Shown here: positions 51,648 to 59,891 of the stretch, in pieces
Position numbering within the stretch: position 1 is the stretch's first letter
How the letters are laid out: every line of letters begins with the position of its first letter
Assembly (NCBI GenBank): GCA_038889075.1
Contig: JAWAHS010000001.1
Location: forward strand, 128,001-192,000
Origin: Ignisphaera sp.
GTDB lineage: Archaea; Thermoproteota; Thermoprotei_A; Sulfolobales; Ignisphaeraceae
DNA length: 64,000 nucleotides
Reading direction: 5' to 3'
Translations under genes and position numbers: made by a program
The notes under the pieces: generated by a model
Seen by the model: the letters and a program-made list of their open reading frames with translations, nothing else
The model's database searches: none
Told to the model about the DNA's origin: nothing

Positions 51648-52322
51648 CTATTTGTGTCTAATTAGGCTAGTCCCATACAGGGACAGAATTCTACATAGTT
51701 CCTTTCCTCCGTATATGCTACATAGCTGTTTGGCTATTATGAGATCCTCAGCTGTATCTATATCTATAGATGTACCTAGAGTGCTATATACATTTACCCT
51801 TATTGTTTTTTGGAGAGCTCTAGCTAGATGTTTTTGAAAGCTATTTTTACCGTGCATAAGCTCTATCATGAGTGGATACCTTTGTAACATTATATTTGTA
51901 CCGCCATCAATTGAAGGCGTGAGAACTATATCAAATCCATCTCTATAGAATCCTACGATGGTATTCACATCTTCACTTGAGACAAACGGAGCATCTGCTA
52001 CCCCAAAAATTACTGCATCGATTTTATATGGTATTGTTTCAAGGGCTTTGAGATAGGCCTCAATCTGTCCATTGCCACCATCATAAACTATATCTATGGT
52101 GAAATCTCGAACAGTTTCTCTTATACTTGGATCTGGGGTCACTAAGATTGTCTTATCAACATATCTCGAGCATGCATAGACGTGAATGACGTCTCTTAGC
52201 ATAGCTTTTACAATCTCTATACGAATAGATTTTTCTATTTCTTTAAGCCTGGATTTCGCTCTATTAAGATCTTTAATCGGTACCAGGGCAACAATCATTA
52301 TTAGCAACCATAGGATCTGCAT
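51648..52322 (-). CDS. cofC: 2-phospho-L-lactate/PEP guanylyltransferase
   Basis: VPIK..AKSRL, DGGTN, SFQKH, DIDT.EDL. Confidence 0.92.
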   Translation of the reverse strand: MQILWLLIMIVALVPIKDLNRAKSRLKEIEKSIRIEIVKAMLRDVIHVYACSRYVDKTILVTPDPSIRETVRDFTIDIVYDGGNGQIEAYLKALETIPYKIDAVIFGVADAPFVSSEDVNTIVGFYRDGFDIVLTPSIDGGTNIMLQRYPLMIELMHGKNSFQKHLARALQKTIRVNVYSTLGTSIDIDTAEDLIIAKQLCSIYGGKELCRILSLYGTSLIRHK

Positions 52323-52339
52323 CTAGTATGTGTTTCTAA

Positions 52340-52990
52340 CTATGGTATTATAAGCGTGTAAGGTGAGCAGCAGGAGGTTTTTTCTAATAAGCAATAGAGA
52401 GAATCTACATAGTGCGCATTTACAATAGCTGTAGGTATGCGATGTCTTCTGATTAATATAGGCGTATATTCATCAATAACATTTTGATTTAATGGAACGC
52501 TATCCGCTTTAATGGTTCTAGCTATACTGCCATTGACAATTATACCACTTACAAGTTTTGTTAATATGGCTATATCAGCCTTAAGTAGATGTGCTATGAA
52601 TACGGTGATAGCATCGCTTGTTACAGACCACGAGTGGGGTAGCTCATCATATTTTTTAATGATATTGAAGGGCATTATTAGGGGAAGGCGATTTCTAGAC
52701 CATACATCGTACACCCTCTCTAGGGTATCCGCACTCTCTATATAGCTACTTCTTGAGCTAATGAATGCACCATATACTTCCATGGACTTTATCGCCATCC
52801 AGTGTGCTGTCGAATCGTCGAAGTTTAGTCTCCTTTGAAGATCGCGAATCACATCTGCAAATATACTACCCCCTGGTACTATAGCTATTCTTATATCATT
52901 GTTCTGAAGCTTTGAGAGGGTATTGAGTAGCGTATCGAGAGTATCGGTACTCCATAGAAGATTGCCGCTAATTTTAACTACGGTTTTCAT
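52340..52990 (-). CDS. mfnE: Amino-acid-kinase family, MfnE-like
   Basis: VVKISG, PGGSIFAD, AHWMAI, PHSWSVTSD. Confidence 0.82.
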   Translation of the reverse strand: MKTVVKISGNLLWSTDTLDTLLNTLSKLQNNDIRIAIVPGGSIFADVIRDLQRRLNFDDSTAHWMAIKSMEVYGAFISSRSSYIESADTLERVYDVWSRNRLPLIMPFNIIKKYDELPHSWSVTSDAITVFIAHLLKADIAILTKLVSGIIVNGSIARTIKADSVPLNQNVIDEYTPILIRRHRIPTAIVNAHYVDSLYCLLEKTSCCSPYTLIIP

Positions 52991-52992
52991 AG

Positions 52993-54066
52993 TTACTTAG
53001 ACACCCTTTGGCGCATCATCATAGTAGCAGCATATGCTGGAAATACAGCTGATATCTGTGGTTCTATAAGATTATCTATATCTACAATTACTTTAAAGCC
53101 AGCTCTTTTTGCTGCTTCACTTGCTAGAAACTTTCCTACACCGGCTACAACTACCTTAAAAATCGATGGATCTATATTAAGGGAAGCTATATAGCTTCTA
53201 ATTTGCATTAAAGCACCAGACACCATATGTATCTGCATCTCGTAGATGTATCTAGCCATCTCCCTAATTTCAAACTCGTTCAATATCATCATATCGCCAC
53301 ACACTACTCGAGCCAACCTCTCCATAGCCTCCTCTAAAGAGGTACCTCTGCCATCAGCCGTCTCTGTTGTATACTCGCTACTCGATATGTTTCTTAGTAT
53401 GAGGTGGACATCGCCTACCAATGCGAATCTCTCATTGCATATTCTAGCGTAGAGTCCCTTTATGGGAACCCTATCAACAATGCCTACAACATTACTTCTT
53501 AGAATGCCGGTATATACAAGCTCGCCAACGATAAGTTTCTCGGTATCTGTAAATCCTCTTACACAAGCTTTTCCGCTGATTATAGGAATTAGAGTAGTCG
53601 TTGTACTACCTATATCAACAAATATGCTATTTTCAATACCCCATCTATACGAGTATCTCTCCAAAAACCATGCAGAAGCAGCCCAGTTTGCTCCTGCAAC
53701 TTTCAGATAGTTCTCAATAGCCTCATCACTAGATACTAGCTTCATATCACTAGAGACAAACTTTATATCGATCGCATCGCTAAATGCATCCATAGATGAT
53801 CTGACTATGTGTTCAACACCTTCTCTTTTAACTCTATAGACATCACTTAGTTCAGCTGTCATGCATATAGCTATATAGTACTGTTCACTATCCGTAATAA
53901 TACTTCTTCTAATCTCTCTAAGCTTTTCCTCTAAACCTTTTCTACCACGGATCCATATAGGGAAATATTCTCGCAGAACTGATAGCACCTTTACCTCATT
54001 ATCGTATGCGTCTATTTTCACAGCCTTTATATTAGCACCTCCTATATCGAGACCAACAATAATCAA
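52993..54066 (-). CDS. mfnF: Hydantoinase-A-like methanofuran synthesis protein
   Basis: DIGGANIK, MTAELSD, ANW, DIGSTTT, ELVYTG, TADG. Confidence 0.88.
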   Translation of the reverse strand: MIIVGLDIGGANIKAVKIDAYDNEVKVLSVLREYFPIWIRGRKGLEEKLREIRRSIITDSEQYYIAICMTAELSDVYRVKREGVEHIVRSSMDAFSDAIDIKFVSSDMKLVSSDEAIENYLKVAGANWAASAWFLERYSYRWGIENSIFVDIGSTTTTLIPIISGKACVRGFTDTEKLIVGELVYTGILRSNVVGIVDRVPIKGLYARICNERFALVGDVHLILRNISSSEYTTETADGRGTSLEEAMERLARVVCGDMMILNEFEIREMARYIYEMQIHMVSGALMQIRSYIASLNIDPSIFKVVVAGVGKFLASEAAKRAGFKVIVDIDNLIEPQISAVFPAYAATMMMRQRVSK

Positions 54067-54143
54067 GGTGCAGCACCTACGGCTAATTAGGTGAGCAACG
54101 CTATATATTAGCTATTGTAAACAGTCTCTAGGGCTGGCTATAT

Positions 54144-54830
54144 ATGATTGAAAAGGTTAAGGTTATACCTGTAGTGGATGTAATGAATGGTTTAGCAGTA
54201 CATGCTATTGAGGGAAAGAGGGATATGTATAGACCTATAGAGGGTAGCATTATATCATCTTCTCCTGATCCCAGGGATGTCCTCCAGGGGCTGCATAGGT
54301 ACGGATTTAGAGAAGTCTATATAGCTGATCTAGACGCTATTATGGGTAGGGGAGATAATACATGGGTTCTGGACTACGCTATTAGATTGGGATTCAAAGT
54401 TATAGCGGATATTGGCAGAGGAGGTCTCGAAAAAACAGATTCAAACAGTATTAGATATGTTATAGGGACGGAATACATTTCGTACCCATATGAGGTTAAA
54501 AAACTTAGCAATAGAATTGTAAGCCTGGACTGCCATAATTTAAATACAAAGTTTTCAGATAGATATGTCGAGGCTTCGCTAGCAGCAGAACTACTTATGA
54601 GAATTGGTATAACTGAATTGATAGTTCTAGACCTTACACGCGTGGGATCTATGAGGGGTCCAAATCTCCAACTTATAAGTAGTGTTAGGGAAGTTTATAG
54701 AGGCACGATTTATGTAGGTGGCGGTATCAGGGGAAGGAGTGATATTGAGGAATTGAAGAGATTTGATGTGGATGGCGTTCTACTGGCTACAGCAATACAC
54801 AAGGGAATAATACTCAATGTATATCTCTAA
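54144..54830 (+). CDS. HisA/HisF-related protein (H4MPT/MFR-cluster type)
   Basis: IPVVDV..AVHA..G.R..YRP, YIADLDAI, LDLTRVGS..GP, GGGIR. Confidence 0.82.
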   Translation: MIEKVKVIPVVDVMNGLAVHAIEGKRDMYRPIEGSIISSSPDPRDVLQGLHRYGFREVYIADLDAIMGRGDNTWVLDYAIRLGFKVIADIGRGGLEKTDSNSIRYVIGTEYISYPYEVKKLSNRIVSLDCHNLNTKFSDRYVEASLAAELLMRIGITELIVLDLTRVGSMRGPNLQLISSVREVYRGTIYVGGGIRGRSDIEELKRFDVDGVLLATAIHKGIILNVYL

Positions 54831-54881
54831 CTTCAGGATAGATTTTTAATTTATTTACTGTATATATTTTTGGTGGAAAAC

Positions 54882-55076
54882 GTGTGTGAATCCATAGCCT
54901 ATATAAGGGAGGGCAACTCTGAAAAACTCTATGCACGAGATATAGCTACGTTGGTAATTGAAGAGAATAAGATAGTACTCATAGATATTGCTGGCAATAC
55001 ATACACCTTAACAGATGCCGTATTAGAGTACGTAGACTTTGTTGGTCATAGAATCATTTTAAGAAAAACCGATTGA
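54882..55076 (+). CDS. cooT: CooT-family nickel-binding protein
   Basis: GTG start behind GGTGG gives MCESIAY (Cys2), DIAG, C-terminal HRIIL. Confidence 0.8.
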   Translation: MCESIAYIREGNSEKLYARDIATLVIEENKIVLIDIAGNTYTLTDAVLEYVDFVGHRIILRKTD

Positions 55077-55159
55077 GATCAATGTAGAATTGAGGATGAC
55101 TGTGTTGATATATTAAGAACTAATTAATTAGTATTGGAGAAAAAATTATTTTTACCTAT

Positions 55160-55876
55160 TTATTTTGCAGGTTTGAATATATACTCATAGAGAGTCGCTC
55201 CTATTATACCCCCTATTATAGGTCCTATTAGATATATCCATACCTTGGATAGAGGCAGTAGATCACCAGCAATAGCTGCAGCTATTGCCGGTCCAAGAGA
55301 TCTTGCAAAATTCATGCTTGCACCTGTTAACGGTCCTCCAATCCATATATCGCAGGCTACTATCATCCCTATTGAAAACCCTGCCCAGCCTGTCGGTGCC
55401 CGTTTATCTACGGCTACACCCATTATTACAAATAGTAGCCATAATGTGAGGATGATCTCTATAACTACGGCTGCACCATCTCCTACTCCAGTACCTGGAA
55501 GTGTAGAACCAAAGCGAACAGCCTTACCTGCAACTGGGAAGAATCCGTAGAGGCAGAGACCTGCTATAATGGAACCTATAATCTGAGCAGCTATATAGGG
55601 TGCTACAAGTTTAGCAGGAAGTCTTCCAATAGCAGCAAGGGCGACTGTTACAGAAGGGTTTATATGTGTACCCGAGATGTGACCCAGGGTATAGATCATT
55701 ATCATTACAATAAAGCCGAATGTAGCACCTATACCAAATAGTGCAGCAGGGCCGCCACCAAGTATCGAGATTAGGGTTATAACTGATGCAGGTCCGAATA
55801 GTGTTAGAGCCCATGTGCCAAATATCTCTGCTATAAACATCTGTAGCAATGTAGGCTGGGTCTTTTGACTAGCCAA
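55160..55876 (-). CDS. MIP/aquaporin family channel with NPS/NFA motifs
   Basis: AEIFGT, HISGTHINPSVT, GASMNFARSLGP, WIY..GP. Confidence 0.92.
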   Translation of the reverse strand: MASQKTQPTLLQMFIAEIFGTWALTLFGPASVITLISILGGGPAALFGIGATFGFIVMIMIYTLGHISGTHINPSVTVALAAIGRLPAKLVAPYIAAQIIGSIIAGLCLYGFFPVAGKAVRFGSTLPGTGVGDGAAVVIEIILTLWLLFVIMGVAVDKRAPTGWAGFSIGMIVACDIWIGGPLTGASMNFARSLGPAIAAAIAGDLLPLSKVWIYLIGPIIGGIIGATLYEYIFKPAK

Positions 55877-56014
55877 CCATTTTCACCCACAGTACTTAAT
55901 CCGGTTATGGGGTATATAAGCTTTTCTCTATATATAGAAAGGGAATTCATGGCCTATGCAAGCTATTGTTGAAAAAGAATTTAAAAATACGGATTATTTT
56001 TATTTTGTTTTAAT

Positions 56015-57568
56015 CTAGGCAGCCTCTACTCCAGCCGTTAATGGCACTGTTTTAGCTATACCTATTCTATACCAGCACCACTTACATCTACCACTTAGGA
56101 ATGTCTGGCTAACGCCGCATGCCTTACATATTGGTGGTGGCGCTATTGGTTTTTCTGGATGTAGCGCTACAATATATGTATTGATTGTAGCAGTAACAGG
56201 TTCGCTTGTTAAGAGGCATGGGAAGTCCGCTAATCTCATAAGCGATGAAAATCTCACTGTTATTGCACAACCTGGATAGGTGTATCTCTGCGGAGCCATC
56301 AGGACAGCATTTCTCTTTATGGGTGATAGATCTATCTTAAGACCCTTTAGTACATAGCCATCTCTTCCAAATGGTGAAGGTCTGATTACGTCTGCGCCTC
56401 TCATGATGAGGTCTATGAAGTCAGCATTGTGTAGTTCTGCAGCAGGGCTTCTAGTTGGGTATTTCAGTACAAAGTTGTGGAATCTCTTTACAAGTAGGTC
56501 AGCAACAGTTTCACCTGTGAAGCCATCCAATTCAAGTATAAATGTTGTTGCTCCAGCAAGGGTTCTACCTGCGGCTGTTAAGGCATCATATTCGCTCTTT
56601 ATAAGACCCTCCTTAACACCTTTAGTCAGAGTTACATCTAGGACATCTGTAACAGCCTCCATAATAGCCATAGTCATATCATCTTTAGCCATGTTGTACA
56701 TGCTCTGAGATATATGGTGACCCACATCGCCAACACCATATGCTGGTACGACAGTGAGATTAGCGGGGTGTACACCTGCATTAAGTGCCGCCTTTATATA
56801 TGGTAGCATCCTATCCTTAAATTTGCTCATATATGTTGCAGGATCAAAGCTCCTATGGCCAACAGCCTTCATGACATCTATCTGCATTTTTACAGGTTCT
56901 AGCCACATCTTCTTCAGAGCTTCGATCTCTTCCTTCACAGCCTCATCAAGGGATTTGCCAGCCTCAACTGCTGCTACAAATGTTGCTCCAAAGCCATAGC
57001 TTGTAGCCATACCCCAGCTCTTAGCAGCAAGTATTATCTCCTTGTGCTCCTTTGGAATATCAAGCTTCTCAAGAATGGCTGCATGTATTCCCGGCATTCC
57101 TCCAACAGCATAGGCAAAGTCAACCACACATGTAGGTCCATAGAACCCTGCATACTTCCTAACGAGTTCTCTACCTATGAATCCTTTATGCTCCTCTAAA
57201 GCTTTTGTAAACTTTTCAACCGATTCTTTAAATTTTGGATCAAGCTCATACAGAATCTCAAGAACTACAGGTGTCTGGTAGTGCTCAACGTAGGGATCGT
57301 CCTCAGGAACTATGGTTTTATCGACAGCAATTTCATTTAGAATATCGTAGTGTGCAACAACACTAGCTACAAACAGATCTATAACCTCCTTCTTCATAGG
57401 GCCAACAGCAGCCATTTTCTTTGTAGCTTCAACATACGGGGCTGCATCAGGTATGACGAATTTGCCTCCGCGCCTCTCTCTAATGACAGAAATATCAGCT
57501 TTTTGAGCAGCAATAGCATCTTCAACAATTTTGGTTACTACTTCAGGTGGAAGACTTGAAGTACCCAA
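56015..57568 (-). CDS. DUF2193 family protein
   Basis: PEDDPYVEHYQTP, GFYGPTCVVDFA, KSWGM, DVGHHISQS, RFSSLMRLADFPC, C-terminal CKAC..CKWC. Confidence 0.85.
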   Translation of the reverse strand: MGTSSLPPEVVTKIVEDAIAAQKADISVIRERRGGKFVIPDAAPYVEATKKMAAVGPMKKEVIDLFVASVVAHYDILNEIAVDKTIVPEDDPYVEHYQTPVVLEILYELDPKFKESVEKFTKALEEHKGFIGRELVRKYAGFYGPTCVVDFAYAVGGMPGIHAAILEKLDIPKEHKEIILAAKSWGMATSYGFGATFVAAVEAGKSLDEAVKEEIEALKKMWLEPVKMQIDVMKAVGHRSFDPATYMSKFKDRMLPYIKAALNAGVHPANLTVVPAYGVGDVGHHISQSMYNMAKDDMTMAIMEAVTDVLDVTLTKGVKEGLIKSEYDALTAAGRTLAGATTFILELDGFTGETVADLLVKRFHNFVLKYPTRSPAAELHNADFIDLIMRGADVIRPSPFGRDGYVLKGLKIDLSPIKRNAVLMAPQRYTYPGCAITVRFSSLMRLADFPCLLTSEPVTATINTYIVALHPEKPIAPPPICKACGVSQTFLSGRCKWCWYRIGIAKTVPLTAGVEAA

Positions 57569-57584
57569 TTATAACCACCACGTT

Positions 57585-57598
57585 CCTAACTGGTTAGG
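57585..57598. promoter_or_regulatory. Palindrome between the TATA box and start of DUF2193
   Basis: CCTAAC-TG-GTTAGG; minus-strand TTTAAATA at 57603-57610. Confidence 0.4.
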
Positions 57599-58569
57599 TA
57601 GTTATTTAAAGGTTTCTAAATATATTAGAATAGAATCGTTCGAATTTGAACTATTAATAATGTCAAGGTAATCACTGTTCTATGAATAGATAGATTCTAA
57701 GTATAGAAGGTAAACATTATCATGCATAGCGGCAACAACAATAGCAATGGAATAATGTCTCTCTTACCGCTTACAGAGGTAGTTTGAGAGCCTATATTTA
57801 AGTTTTTATGCACCTTCAATGATAGAAGTACAATGGAGAAGAAATGTAACGTGTACATGGTAGAGGATCTTGAATTGTAAACATTATTGAAATCCGGAAA
57901 TAGTACATCTTTTTATAATAACGTATAGAGTACTTATTCTATTTGTTCTTGATGAACGTAATTAATGATATACTCTCTTCTGCTCTAATGATCACTTGTT
58001 CTATAAGATCTTAGGCATAGTATTGACGAAATTTATACAGGCAATACTACCGATATTTTCGATGATGCAACAATTGTAATCTTACTACATTAATTCCAAA
58101 TTTGATTCTGAACTGTTGATTATACTGGTTAGCTTATAGAGATGTAGTGGCTAGAAGCAGTTTCGACAGAGTTATCAAAATAGTATCTAATTCCGTAACA
58201 TATATAAAGATGGAGATAGCCTATCTCAACCAGATATCCGTGAACGTTTTGATCTCTATTGATATTCTAAAATCTTCTATCTAAAATCTTCATTAACTGC
58301 GCTTTCTTCCTCGAATGGTTCCTTACTATAATCAGAAACGGTTCAGCTGTGCAGATTCCTCGATGCGCTGTATTAGTGTGCTATTGCGTAGCGTAGAGCA
58401 GGCTTTTTATGGAGGTATGTAATGTTTTCGAGTTTACGAATTTAAGTACCTGAAGGAATTCACATAGAGAATTTGACCGAAACTCTACTACAACTTTTCA
58501 ACGGATTTTTAGTAAATGCTTCACACATTTCATATAACCAGTGATATTCATAACACAGTGTTCCATTAC

Positions 58570-59775
58570 CTAGCATTTGTTCCAACTATTTAGTTTATCT
58601 ATGGATATCCTCAATTCCCTTCCTCTATATGTAAATGATGATTCGTCAAAAAATAGATGCTGTGTACCGGATTCCCTCTCCGATATGGTTACGATTGCAA
58701 TTCCGCTGGCCACGTCCCCTAGGTATATATGGGTATCAAAGTTTCTATTCGTCATTGCATTTACGATTATCTTACCCACCTCTGGATAGAGTCTTGCTAT
58801 GGCTATAAATGGTGTTGTTAACCTTGGGTTAACCTCAACGACAATAGGTTTTCCATCCCACATAACTATGTCAAATCCTATGTAACCTTCTATATCGTTA
58901 TAGCATTGAATTAACTTTGTTAGAAACCTATGGACGTTTTTAACGATTTCACAATCTCTAACTGGAAGTATGTTTCCCCTATATCTAAATGCATTACCAT
59001 CCAATTCTATAATTTGTTTGTTAACTGAATAGAACAATATTTTTCCATTGCTTATAATTGTTGAAATGCTTCCATGAATTCCTTCAATGTATTGCTGGAC
59101 GACAGCTCTACGAAGAGGATCGCACCGTAGAGCTCTTATAATATATCTCTCAGCATCGCTTGGGCTCCTCGCTATGTAGACACACTCTGAACCTGCAAGC
59201 ATACAGGGTTTAACAACAACTGGGTATTCTAGCGATTTCAAATCAATATTACTGACATCTCTAACCTCTACAGTTTCAGGTACAGCTATCCCACATCTTC
59301 TGAGGACCATCATGGAGTTATACTTATCTGAAAGTAGTTGAATCGAATTTGTACTAGGTCCCCATATCTTCCTACCTACAATTTCAGCTAATCTCACTAA
59401 CTCCATAGGTGGTGCAATCACAATAATTTTATTGTATTCTTCTGCAATTTTAGAAACATTTTCTTCAAAGTAGTTACAGTCAATATAGTGGGCAATATCA
59501 ATGTCATCTCTATAGACATGGGCTAGCAAACGTGAAACAGCAATGCGTGTTTCAACATATTTGTTGAGGAGTTTAGCTAGAGTATAAGCCATTGAGAAGC
59601 CCTCCGGAAGTAGGGCATCGTATTGGTTACGGCATTTGAATGTTGCTGTCACGTACTCTAGAACAAGTACCCTAAACTCTCTACCTCTAGGGTAATGCTC
59701 TATACTATGAGACATAGTAAATAGAGGAGTAAAATAGACTTTATATACCTTATGGTATGAAAACCGTGTCAACAT
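58570..59775 (-). CDS. mfnD: Tyramine-glutamate ligase (ATP-grasp), MfnD-like
   Basis: LEYVTA..EGFSM, IAP, SDKY, VVKP, QQYIEG.HGS, GYIGFD, EVNPRLTT; true start probably downstream of the ORF start. Confidence 0.78.
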   Translation of the reverse strand: MLTRFSYHKVYKVYFTPLFTMSHSIEHYPRGREFRVLVLEYVTATFKCRNQYDALLPEGFSMAYTLAKLLNKYVETRIAVSRLLAHVYRDDIDIAHYIDCNYFEENVSKIAEEYNKIIVIAPPMELVRLAEIVGRKIWGPSTNSIQLLSDKYNSMMVLRRCGIAVPETVEVRDVSNIDLKSLEYPVVVKPCMLAGSECVYIARSPSDAERYIIRALRCDPLRRAVVQQYIEGIHGSISTIISNGKILFYSVNKQIIELDGNAFRYRGNILPVRDCEIVKNVHRFLTKLIQCYNDIEGYIGFDIVMWDGKPIVVEVNPRLTTPFIAIARLYPEVGKIIVNAMTNRNFDTHIYLGDVASGIAIVTISERESGTQHLFFDESSFTYRGRELRISIDKLNSWNKC

Positions 59776-59891
59776 GGTGTGCAGCTATGGTATGGCTTAC
59801 GCTAGATAGTGTATTGGTAAGTACTACTCTACCGATTCTACATAGTTAATGGGAGTGCACAATCATAGACTGAAACACAAATCCAATATCA

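Noticed and set aside
33525-59775. Interpretation as methanogenesis, or as a mobile island with defined ends
   Set aside because: No mcr, mtr, mer or hdr in the window; no integrase, tRNA or flanking direct repeats seen
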